Shown here piece after piece: positions 18,998 through 27,850 of a DNA stretch of 64,000 bases. A model generated the notes under the pieces. That model saw only the letters and a program-made list of their open reading frames with translations, searched no databases and was not told the DNA's origin. A program made the translations under genes and the position numbers. Position 1 is the stretch's first letter. The number at the start of each line of letters is the position of its first letter. Location: assembly GCA_964291265.2 (NCBI GenBank), contig OZ219747.1, forward strand, positions 96,001-160,000. Reading direction: 5' to 3'. The DNA is from Alphaproteobacteria bacterium. GTDB lineage: Bacteria; Pseudomonadota; Alphaproteobacteria; SP197.

Positions 18998-21444
18998 AGG
19001 ACCTTGCGCGCAAGGCCCGCGCCGTCATCATCGGTGGCGGCGTGTCGGGTTCATCGGTTGCCTATCATCTCGCCAGGCTCGGCTGGCAGGACGTCGTTCT
19101 CCTCGAGAGACAGAAACTGACCTCGGGCACCACGTGGCATGCCGCAGGTCTGGTCGGCCAGTTGCGGTCGGGGCAGAACATGACACGGCTGGCGAAGTAC
19201 TCGGCGGATCTCTACGTCAGGCTCGAGGAAGAGACCGGCGTCGCCACGGGCATGCGCCAGAACGGCTCCATCACCGTGGCTCTCACCAGCGAGCGCCTCG
19301 AGGAGATCACGCGCACGGCCTCGCTTGCCCGTGCCTTCGGCATCGAGGTCAACGAGATCTCGCCCGGCGAAGCGGCGGGGCTCTACCCGTGGCTCAACGT
19401 CGAGGATGTCGTGGGCGCCGTCCATCTTCCCCTGGACGGTCAGTGCGATCCTGCCAACATCGCCCTTGCCCTCGCCTCCGGCGCTCGCCAGCGAGGTGTC
19501 ACCATCGCCGAAGGCGTCAAGGTGACGGACGTCCACCGGGCAAGCGGGCGGGTGACGGGGGTCTCGTGGGAATCGGAGGACGACAAGGGGCACATCGCCA
19601 GCGACATCGTGGTGAACTGTGCCGGCATGTGGGCACGCGACCTCGGGGCGCTCTCCGGCGTCAACATCCCGCTTCACGCCTGCGAGCACTTCTACATTGT
19701 CACCGAACCGGTGGAAGGACTCGAACGGCTGCCGGTTCTCAGGGTTCCGGACGAGTGGGCTTACTACAAGGAGGACGCGGGCAAGATGATGCTCGGCGCC
19801 TTCGAGCCAGACGCCAAGCCATGGGGCATGGAGGGCATCCCGGAGGATTTCTGTTTCGACCAGCTGCCCGAGGATATCGCCCATTTTGAACCGGTTCTCG
19901 AAAAGGCGATCAACCGCATACCGATGCTGGCGGACGCCGGCATCCACACGTTCTTCAACGGGCCGGAGAGCTTCACGCCGGACAACAGCTACTACCTGGG
20001 CGAAGCGCCGGAACTGAGAGGTTACTTCGTCGCCTGCGGCTACAACTCCATCGGCATCGTCTCGTCGGGAGGCGCCGGCATGGCCCTGGCGCAGTGGATC
20101 GAGGACGGCGAGCCCCCCTTCGATCTGTGGGACGTCGACATCCGCCGTGTCCAGCCCTTCCAGAAGAACCGGACCTATCTCAGACATCGGGTGAGCGAGT
20201 CGCTCGGCCTGCTCTATGCCGATCACTTCCCCTTCCGCCAGCCCGAGACCGCCCGCGGCGTACGCCGCTCGCCGATCCACGATCACCTGAAGACCCGCGG
20301 CGCCTGTTTCGGCGTCGTGGCCGGCTGGGAGCGGGCCAACTGGTTCGCCCGCGACGGCATGGAACCCGCATACCGCTACACGTGGAAGCGGCAGAACTGG
20401 TTCGGGTGCGCACGCGATGAGCATCGTGCGGTGAGGACGGGCGTCGGTCTCTTCGACATGACCTCGTTCGGCAAGATCCGCACCGAGGGTGCCGACGCCG
20501 CGGCTGTGCTCAACCGTATCTGCGCCAACGAGATCGATGTCGAGACGGGCCGCCTCGTCTACACCCAGTTCCTCAACGACCGCGGCGGAATCGAGTGCGA
20601 CTGCACGGTCACACGGCTCTCCGAGACCGCTTTTCTCATCGTCACCCCGGGAGCCACCCTGATGCGGGACCTCGCGTGGCTGAAGCGTCACACCCCGGAA
20701 GACGCACGCGTCGTCTACACTGACGTCACGGCCGGGGAAGCGGTCCTCTGTCTGATGGGCCCACGCTCACGCGAGGTGCTTCAAGCCTGTTCCCCGGCGG
20801 ATTTTTCCAACGGGAACCACCCCTTCGGCACCATGCGGGAAGTCGAGATCGGCTACGCCATCTGCCGCGCCCACCGGGTGAGCTACGTCGGTGAACTCGG
20901 CTGGGAACTCTATGTCAGCACCGAGATGGCCGCCCATGTCTTCGAGACGCTCGAGGAGGCGGGCCGCCCCTTCGACCTGCGACTCGCCGGCCTCCACGTC
21001 CTCGACAGCTGCCGCATCGAGAAGGCCTTCCGGCATTTCGGCCACGACATCACGGATGAGGATCACGTGCTCGAGGCGGGCCTGGGATTTGCCGTGCGGG
21101 TGCAGAAGCCCGATTTCATTGGCCGCGATGCTGTCCTCAGGAAGAAGGACGAGGGCCTGACGCGACGCTTGGTGCAGTTCATGCTCGAGGATCCCGATCC
21201 GCTACTCTACCACAACGAGCCGATCGTGCGGGACGGTCGCATCGTCGGCTACCTGACGTCAGGCAACTACGGTCATCACCTCGGTGGCGCCGTCGGCATG
21301 GGTTACGTTCCTCTCGAGGCAGACGACCATGCCCACGGTCTCCTTGCATCCTCCTACGAAATCGAGGTCGCCGGGAGGAGATTCGCCGCCCGCGCCTCCC
21401 TGAGACCCATGTACGATCCCAGATCCGAGCGCGTGCGCATGTAG
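18994..21444 (+). CDS. GcvT-family FAD-dependent oxidoreductase (sarcosine dehydrogenase-like)
   Basis: GGGVSG, SGTTWHAAG, NGPESFTPD, GWERANWF, YVGELGWE, SCRIEK; 4-bp overlap with upstream paralog. Confidence 0.92.
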   Translation: MKDLARKARAVIIGGGVSGSSVAYHLARLGWQDVVLLERQKLTSGTTWHAAGLVGQLRSGQNMTRLAKYSADLYVRLEEETGVATGMRQNGSITVALTSERLEEITRTASLARAFGIEVNEISPGEAAGLYPWLNVEDVVGAVHLPLDGQCDPANIALALASGARQRGVTIAEGVKVTDVHRASGRVTGVSWESEDDKGHIASDIVVNCAGMWARDLGALSGVNIPLHACEHFYIVTEPVEGLERLPVLRVPDEWAYYKEDAGKMMLGAFEPDAKPWGMEGIPEDFCFDQLPEDIAHFEPVLEKAINRIPMLADAGIHTFFNGPESFTPDNSYYLGEAPELRGYFVACGYNSIGIVSSGGAGMALAQWIEDGEPPFDLWDVDIRRVQPFQKNRTYLRHRVSESLGLLYADHFPFRQPETARGVRRSPIHDHLKTRGACFGVVAGWERANWFARDGMEPAYRYTWKRQNWFGCARDEHRAVRTGVGLFDMTSFGKIRTEGADAAAVLNRICANEIDVETGRLVYTQFLNDRGGIECDCTVTRLSETAFLIVTPGATLMRDLAWLKRHTPEDARVVYTDVTAGEAVLCLMGPRSREVLQACSPADFSNGNHPFGTMREVEIGYAICRAHRVSYVGELGWELYVSTEMAAHVFETLEEAGRPFDLRLAGLHVLDSCRIEKAFRHFGHDITDEDHVLEAGLGFAVRVQKPDFIGRDAVLRKKDEGLTRRLVQFMLEDPDPLLYHNEPIVRDGRIVGYLTSGNYGHHLGGAVGMGYVPLEADDHAHGLLASSYEIEVAGRRFAARASLRPMYDPRSERVRM

Positions 21445-21455
21445 AGGATAAGGCC

Positions 21456-23075
21456 ATGACCGAACGCGAACCTGCCGCCCCCCCTCCCCAACGCAACCGC
21501 CGCGGTGGAGGCCGAGCCGCCCGCAAGGCGGCCCGGGCCGCGCCGTTGCCCGACAACATGAGGCCGGTGAGACCCGGTCTCGAGGGCGGCACTTACAGAC
21601 CGCTCAGCGACGCCAACATGGAGAAGATCAACGACACTGCCCTTGCCGCCCTAGAGGAAATCGGCCTGATCGACGCTCCGCCAAGCGGTGTCGAGATCCT
21701 CGCGGACGCCGGCGCCATCATCGGCGACGATGGCCGAATTCGTTTCCCCCGCGCCCTTGTCGAGGACATGGTCGCCATGGCCGCACGTGACTTCACGCTC
21801 TGTGCTCAGGACCCGCTCCATGACATGCGGCCGGGAGGGTACCGCGTGCACTTCGGCACCGCCGGCGCGGCCGTCTTCGTCTACGATCCGGCCTTGCGCG
21901 AGAACCGCGAGCCGGTTGTCCAGGACCTCTATGATTCGGCGCGTATCGTCGATTCCCTCGACAACATCCATTTCTTCCAGCGCACCCTGACGCCGCGCGA
22001 CACGGTCGAGCCGCGCGACATGGACCTCAATACGCTCTACGCCTGCATCTCGGGCACCACCAAGCATGTCGGCACGTCCTTCACCCTGGCGGACTACGCC
22101 GCCGAGGGACTCCACATGCTCCACATGGTGGCCGGGTCCGAGGAGACCTGGCGGCGGCGGCCCTTCGTATCGAACTCGAACTGCTTCGTCGTGCCGCCGA
22201 TGAAGTTCGCCACCGAGAGCTGCCTTGTGATGGAGACCGTGATCCGGGGCGGCATGCCGGTCCTCCTGCTCTCCGCCGGACAGGCCGGCGCCACCGCACC
22301 CGCACCCCTTGCCGGCGCGGTCGTGCAGGCGGTGGCCGAATGCCTCGCCGGCCTCGTCTACGTCAACGCGCTCTCCCCCGGTCATCCGGCCATCTTCGGC
22401 ACCTGGCCGTTCGTCTCCGATCTACGCACCGGCGCCATGTCCGGCGGTTCGCCCGAACAGGGTCTGCTCACCGCCGCCTGCGGGCAGATGGCACGCTACT
22501 ACGACCTCCCGGGAGGGTCGGCCTGCGCGATGTCCGATTCCAAGGAGATGGACATGCAGGCCGGGTACGAACGCGGCCTGGCCAACGTCATGGCCGGGCT
22601 CTCCGGACTCAATCTCGTCTACGAGAGCGTCGGCATGCATTCGTCCCTGCTGTCGCACTGCCTCGAGGCCCTCTTCGTCGACAATGACGTCATCGGCGCC
22701 TGCATGCGCTGCGTGCGCGGCATCGAGGTCAACGACGAGACCATGGCCCTCGACACGATGAAGGAGGTCTGCCTCCGCGGTCCAGGCCACTATCTCGGCG
22801 CCGACCAGACCTTGAGGCTGATGCAGACCGAGTACGTCTACCCGACGGTCGGTGACCGCTCGAGCCCGAAGGAGTGGCTGGAGAACGAGCGCCCCGATCT
22901 CGTCACCAAGGCGATCGGCCGCAAGAACACGTTGCTTGCCTCGCACTATCCGGTTCACATCCCCGAAGCGACCGATGCCGCCATACGCGAGCGCTACACC
23001 ATCTTCCTCCCCCGTGAAAACATGCTGCCGGCCGCTTTCGGCAGGCCGCTTGCGTTAACTCTTAATACCAGTTAG
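21456..23075 (+). CDS. Non-pyrrolysine MttB-family methyltransferase (glycine betaine methyltransferase MtgB-like)
   Basis: RRGGGRAAR N-terminus, AGATAPAPLAG, DLRTGAMSGGSPE, DSKEMDMQAGYE, GPGHYLG; no in-frame TAG. Confidence 0.9.
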   Translation: MTEREPAAPPPQRNRRGGGRAARKAARAAPLPDNMRPVRPGLEGGTYRPLSDANMEKINDTALAALEEIGLIDAPPSGVEILADAGAIIGDDGRIRFPRALVEDMVAMAARDFTLCAQDPLHDMRPGGYRVHFGTAGAAVFVYDPALRENREPVVQDLYDSARIVDSLDNIHFFQRTLTPRDTVEPRDMDLNTLYACISGTTKHVGTSFTLADYAAEGLHMLHMVAGSEETWRRRPFVSNSNCFVVPPMKFATESCLVMETVIRGGMPVLLLSAGQAGATAPAPLAGAVVQAVAECLAGLVYVNALSPGHPAIFGTWPFVSDLRTGAMSGGSPEQGLLTAACGQMARYYDLPGGSACAMSDSKEMDMQAGYERGLANVMAGLSGLNLVYESVGMHSSLLSHCLEALFVDNDVIGACMRCVRGIEVNDETMALDTMKEVCLRGPGHYLGADQTLRLMQTEYVYPTVGDRSSPKEWLENERPDLVTKAIGRKNTLLASHYPVHIPEATDAAIRERYTIFLPRENMLPAAFGRPLALTLNTS

Positions 23076-23080
23076 CATAA

Positions 23081-23108
23081 TTCGATAGCATTTTTGGCCG
23101 CTATCGAA
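23081..23108. promoter_or_regulatory. Palindromic operator candidate TTCGATAGC-N10-GCTATCGAA upstream of RHH gene
   Basis: Perfect 9-bp inverted repeat 14 bp before the ATG at 23123; GATAGC/GCTATC half-sites resemble FitA-type operators. Confidence 0.55.
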
Positions 23109-23122
23109 CCGGAAGCGTCGGC

Positions 23123-23350
23123 ATGAGCACAAGCATAGTCGTCCGCAACATCAACCCCGCCGACAAGTCCTGGCTAAAGCGCGAGGCGCGGCAAGGGGTG
23201 TCGATGGAAGATCTGGTGCGCCGCCTGATCCGCGAAACGCGCGCGAAGCGGGAACGCCGGCTGAAGCCGTCCGAAGCCTTCGCGCGGCACTTCGGGGAGA
23301 ATGACAGTTCGGCTTGCATGGCGACCAACAGAGAGAGATTTGTGAAGTGA
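23123..23350 (+). CDS. FitA-like ribbon-helix-helix protein (antitoxin-type regulator, no PIN toxin partner)
   Basis: MSTSIVVRNI beta-ribbon, WLKREA..GVSMEDLVRRLI helices; stop overlaps GTG of the next gene (GTGA). Confidence 0.7.
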   Translation: MSTSIVVRNINPADKSWLKREARQGVSMEDLVRRLIRETRAKRERRLKPSEAFARHFGENDSSACMATNRERFVK

Positions 23351-24381
23351 AGAAAACTTTACAGCGCATCCCAACCGATCAGGTTGAGTACGACCGTGAG
23401 AACCCACGGATCAAAGTTGCCCTTGAGAAGTATGGCGACAAGCTGAACACTGAACGCATCCGCTTCGCCTTGCGGACCGCCACTGAGGAATCAGCGAGCA
23501 CTTCTTCCTACCGGTCATTGAAAGATTCCATAAGAGCGTCCGGCGGAATATCCGCACCCATCGTCGTTGCACCAAAAGACAGCACTCTCGTCTGCATAGA
23601 CGGAAACACGCGGCTTGCCGTGTACAATGAGCTCCACGAGGAGCGTGCACCAGGTGACTGGACGTCAATCAATTGTCTGGTCTTGCAAGATCCCGAAAAA
23701 CAGGACATAGAGACAATTCGTGTGACCGCTCACCTCGTTGGAGCGCGCGAGTGGCCAGCCTATGAGAAAGCCCGATATCTGCATTACCTTCGCAACGTTG
23801 AGTTCATGGACTATGAAGAACTCATCGCACGTTGTGGGGGCAACAAGACCTCAATCAACCAACAAATCGACGCCTATCACGACATGAATGAATACTACAG
23901 GGATGTAAGTAGTGGTGATGCGTTCAAGGTTGACCGGTTCAGTGGTTTTGTCGAGTTACAGAAGAAGAATATCAAGGAAGCCATTTACGGTGCCGGTTTT
24001 GATCTCCATGACTTCGGACGGTGGATACGTAATGGACAGATTTATGCTTTGCAACATGTTCGGAAGCTTCCCCGTGTTCTTGAGGACCAAGAAGCCAGGA
24101 ATGCTTTTGTTAACGGAGGCATCCGTTCGATAGAACGTGCCATCGATATCGCCGAAGTCAATCGACGAAAGGATGATCCCACAGTATCAATGTCAACGAC
24201 CGTCGAAAATGCTAGCATGGTTACATTGGCCGAAGCACTGCTTCACAAGATTGCGACAATGCCACGACAAGACTACATTGCGCTTCGTGACCGGGAGTAT
24301 GAGAGTGCTGACCAGGACGTCGACACTATAAGTGACTTGATCGTTCAATTAAAAGACCTCCTAGGCGATGTCTCAAAGTGA
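23347..24381 (+). CDS. ParB/Sulfiredoxin-like N-terminal domain protein A
   Basis: ENPR, LKDSI..GGISAPIVV, CIDGNTRL (GxxR patch), WPAYEKA followed by an HTH-like region; GTG start coupled to upstream stop. Confidence 0.8.
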   Translation: MKKTLQRIPTDQVEYDRENPRIKVALEKYGDKLNTERIRFALRTATEESASTSSYRSLKDSIRASGGISAPIVVAPKDSTLVCIDGNTRLAVYNELHEERAPGDWTSINCLVLQDPEKQDIETIRVTAHLVGAREWPAYEKARYLHYLRNVEFMDYEELIARCGGNKTSINQQIDAYHDMNEYYRDVSSGDAFKVDRFSGFVELQKKNIKEAIYGAGFDLHDFGRWIRNGQIYALQHVRKLPRVLEDQEARNAFVNGGIRSIERAIDIAEVNRRKDDPTVSMSTTVENASMVTLAEALLHKIATMPRQDYIALRDREYESADQDVDTISDLIVQLKDLLGDVSK

Positions 24382-24820
24382 AATTCACCGTAGTTTGGTG
24401 GTCACTGCCGCTGAAGCTATACGCGGTCTTCACCCAGCAATTCGTTTGACGCTCGATGTCCAGAAGATTCCAGGTGACCCTGTACCGCCCCCAATCAACG
24501 GCCATCGCCCAGATATAGTAGGCTTGTGCATCGGCACTTGCCATCGTTGGTTGATCGCCGAAGCCAAGACAGATGGGGACATTGCCAACCGTCGTACGCT
24601 CAGTCAACTTGATGCCTTTTTGCAGTATCTAGAAGCCAAAGAGACCGGGACTGCCACCTTCATTTTGGCGGTCAACGGAAAGGTCGCTGATACGGCGCGG
24701 GGCTTTCTTGAGTACAGCTGCCGTGACCGCGTTTCATCACGTCTTGAAGTCAAGGTCTTTGACGGTCTCGACTTCTGGTTGTTGGGTCCTTTAGGAGAAA
24801 AACCGTGGCGCTTGTCTTGA
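24368..24820 (+). CDS. Small putative PD-(D/E)XK nuclease-fold protein
   Basis: RPDIVG...IAEAKT spacing fits PD..ExK, with a downstream SQL helix; overlaps both neighbours. Confidence 0.6.
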   Translation: MSQSEIHRSLVVTAAEAIRGLHPAIRLTLDVQKIPGDPVPPPINGHRPDIVGLCIGTCHRWLIAEAKTDGDIANRRTLSQLDAFLQYLEAKETGTATFILAVNGKVADTARGFLEYSCRDRVSSRLEVKVFDGLDFWLLGPLGEKPWRLS

Positions 24821-26346
24821 AACGGAAACCAGCTCTTTCTGCTAAGTTCACGGCTTTCCCGTACCAACTCGACACAATTCGTGCTATCAGAGACCATCAG
24901 TATGCCGCGATTTTTCACGAACAGGGATTGGGTAAGACTAAAATTGCACTGGATCTCGCACTCCTTTGGTTGGAGGGCGACGATGTCGATACCGTGTTCA
25001 TTGTCACAAAAAAGTCGTTAATTGAAAACTGGTGTAATGAGATCTCCGCCCACAGTCACATCACCCCTCATGTTCTATCCGGAAACCGCGCTCAAAACAG
25101 CGCCTCACTCAATTCTCCCGTTTTACTGTACGTGACCAACTATGAGGTCTTAGCAGCAAACGCGGCAATAATTCGTCTCTTTTTGAAGACATGCCGAGTT
25201 GGCTGTATACTTGATGAAAGCCAAAAAATCAAGAATCCAAATACAATTTTAACACAACTTTTTCTTGAACTCGCACCATCTTTCGAACGCCGAATCATCA
25301 TGACCGGCACACCTGCAGCGAATCGCCCCTATGACATTTGGTCACAGGTCAAGTTCCTAGACAATGGTGCAGCGCTCGGCTGTTCTTTTGAAGAATTTAA
25401 GGAAACAATGGATTTGCCAAGTTCTAGCGCGAAGGTGCTCCACAATGACGAGCTTCTTCCGGACCCTCATAGCGGCAGCTACTCGCGTCCGGGTCCGGAC
25501 TCGACGGTAGCGGATTATGGCGTCCGCCTAGCCTCAATTTTTGATCGTCTTAAATCGTTTACTATTCGGGAGACTAAGGAGACCGCAGGAATTCAGCTGC
25601 CAGAAAAGACCGTCATTGCTTGTCACGTAGACATACCAGACTGGCAAATGAAAATGTACACTGCCTACCGCGACGAATTAGCATATGAATACGATGTTCA
25701 TGGCACTATACAAACTGACGATGCCGACAGTATACTTAAACGTATGCTGCGGCTTGTTCAGTGTGCGTCCAATCCTGGTTTAATTGATGGTTGTTTTGAA
25801 CGCATTCCCGGAAAACTACCAATTCTTCTCGACATGTGTCACGAGTTCACGAAAGAATCCAAGTTAATAATCTGGACAGGTTTTGTCGAAAACGTAAACT
25901 GGCTGTCATTCAAACTCACTGAATTTGAACCTGTATGCGTGCATGGCAATCTATCCATCCAACAGCGAAACGACGCTGTAGCACGATTTACCAAGTCTTC
26001 AAACCTAATTCTGATCGCAACACCTGGTGCAGCCAAGGAAGGGCTTACTCTGACAGTGGCCAATCACGCCATCTTCTTCGATCGCGGTTTTAGTCTCGAT
26101 GACTACCTGCAGGCCCAAGATCGTATTCACCGAATATCACAGACCCGAAAGTGCTACATCCATAATTTAATAGCCAATCACACCATTGATGACTGGGTCG
26201 ATAGCTTGCTCACAGCCAAGTTCCATGCGGCACAGCTAGCACAGGGCGACATCACGGTAGACGCCTTTCGCGAAACCTTCCACACGGATGTCGCAGCTGC
26301 TCTTCAAGCTGTGCTTTTTCCGGATTCTATTGTTTTACAAAATTAG
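24805..26346 (+). CDS. SNF2-family (SF2) helicase/ATPase
   Basis: FPYQ, EQGLGKT, TNYE, DESQKIKN, MTGTP, EGLTL, QAQDRIHRISQ motifs. Confidence 0.92.
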   Translation: MALVLKRKPALSAKFTAFPYQLDTIRAIRDHQYAAIFHEQGLGKTKIALDLALLWLEGDDVDTVFIVTKKSLIENWCNEISAHSHITPHVLSGNRAQNSASLNSPVLLYVTNYEVLAANAAIIRLFLKTCRVGCILDESQKIKNPNTILTQLFLELAPSFERRIIMTGTPAANRPYDIWSQVKFLDNGAALGCSFEEFKETMDLPSSSAKVLHNDELLPDPHSGSYSRPGPDSTVADYGVRLASIFDRLKSFTIRETKETAGIQLPEKTVIACHVDIPDWQMKMYTAYRDELAYEYDVHGTIQTDDADSILKRMLRLVQCASNPGLIDGCFERIPGKLPILLDMCHEFTKESKLIIWTGFVENVNWLSFKLTEFEPVCVHGNLSIQQRNDAVARFTKSSNLILIATPGAAKEGLTLTVANHAIFFDRGFSLDDYLQAQDRIHRISQTRKCYIHNLIANHTIDDWVDSLLTAKFHAAQLAQGDITVDAFRETFHTDVAAALQAVLFPDSIVLQN

Positions 26347-26374
26347 ATTACAGGTTTTCAGGAGACATTTAATA

Positions 26375-27454
26375 ATGAAAAACGACGATAATACGATTGC
26401 TATTATGGGTGAAGCTATAGAGGTTGAGCGTCTACGCCTACCCATTGATCGACTTCTTTTTCTACCGGATAATCCGCGGGTCTACGCAACAATCCGCGAA
26501 ATGCCGGATTTTCAGGATCTAACGTCTCGGGAAAAACAGTCTCGTATTCATGAACAACTGCTAGAAGAGGCAAGTGTAAAAAACTTGATCCCGGAGATCA
26601 AACGCGACAAGGGACTCCAGGAACCGATCATAGTACGTTATGATACACTAGAGGTTATCGAAGGCAATTCCCGTCTCGCTGTTTACCGCAAACTTAGGGA
26701 AGACTGTCCCGACGAAGAACATTGGGCGGAAATAAGCTGTTTAGTTGTCAGCAAGCTGACTGACGAACAACAGACCCGACTTCTGGGACAGGCACATCTC
26801 CACGGTAAAACTGATTGGTCACCTTACGCGAAGGCACTGTTCTGTTTTAGGTGGGTCGTTGAACTGAAAAAAAGTACTGCTGAATTGGCACGTGTGTCTG
26901 GAATAAGTGAAGCGGAGATCAATAAAAGTGTTAAAGTGATCGAACTCATGCATGAGAATTGTGACCGCACACTCTCTAATTTTGCCTACTACGACGTCCT
27001 CGTTCGCAATAAAAAAATCGCTCAAGCAATCGATGATAATCTTCAACGCCGAGACACTAGAAGCCATAAACCTGGAGACAACCATCAGCTCCGAGACACC
27101 CTTCTAGCCGCAATCAAGAGCGAACAATTCACCTCACGTCAAATGCGTGATTATCTCCCCACCATTATAGACAAGCCTAACATCTTACGAAAATTCGCAC
27201 AAAGAGCAATAACTCTGCAAGAAGCCCATGATCGCTCCAAAATCAGCGATCTCCAGAAAAAATTAAAACGCATTCATGAAGGATTAGAGGATGTCGAAGA
27301 GCAAGACGTCACTAAATTGGAACAAAATGACCTTAGATCGGCGGAACAACTCATTAAAAAAATTGGTCGCCAACAGGGACGAATTTCCGACATGGTGCAA
27401 AAGGAGCTCACCTCTAGGTCAGAAAACCGAGTAATGGAGCGCATTCATGAATAA
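26375..27454 (+). CDS. ParB/Sulfiredoxin-like N-terminal domain protein B (paralog of 23347)
   Basis: Start MKNDDN; DNPR, GLQEPIIV, IEGNSRL, AHLHGKTDWSPYAKA, HTH-like STAELARVSG, C-terminal coiled coil. Confidence 0.8.
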   Translation: MKNDDNTIAIMGEAIEVERLRLPIDRLLFLPDNPRVYATIREMPDFQDLTSREKQSRIHEQLLEEASVKNLIPEIKRDKGLQEPIIVRYDTLEVIEGNSRLAVYRKLREDCPDEEHWAEISCLVVSKLTDEQQTRLLGQAHLHGKTDWSPYAKALFCFRWVVELKKSTAELARVSGISEAEINKSVKVIELMHENCDRTLSNFAYYDVLVRNKKIAQAIDDNLQRRDTRSHKPGDNHQLRDTLLAAIKSEQFTSRQMRDYLPTIIDKPNILRKFAQRAITLQEAHDRSKISDLQKKLKRIHEGLEDVEEQDVTKLEQNDLRSAEQLIKKIGRQQGRISDMVQKELTSRSENRVMERIHE

Positions 27455-27850
27455 TACCGTTTTGTCTTGAATTGACGTTCCGTATCAACTATTTCAAACA
27501 ACTGCGGTTTCTGCAATGTTAGGCTGCCAGGCCGACACGCCAACACATCTCGATTTCGGCTCCGTTCTCTACGTACAATTGAAGGTTGATAGGCTAACTC
27601 CACGATTTGTGTCCGGTCATACCATCATACCAACACGTATTTTTATTTTTTACACCTTTTCACATGCTCAAAGTCCTTACCATCAGCCATTCACTCCGCA
27701 AGACTGACACCGCTTTTGCAGTACATCAAGCGATTAACTAAGCACTGCCTCGGCAGTTTTCGGCAATTTAATCGTCTCTTCGTCATGTTACGGTTCGACA
27801 AGCACCTCATGCTATGATATCGTCTCGACCATCGCAATTAGAGACCCGCA

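Noticed and set aside
21456-23075. Pyrrolysine recoding in MttB
   Set aside because: The ORF is open with no in-frame amber codon and no pyl genes are present.
23347-27454. ParB genes as a plasmid or chromosome partition locus
   Set aside because: No ParA, replication gene or parS repeats; non-canonical arginine patch.
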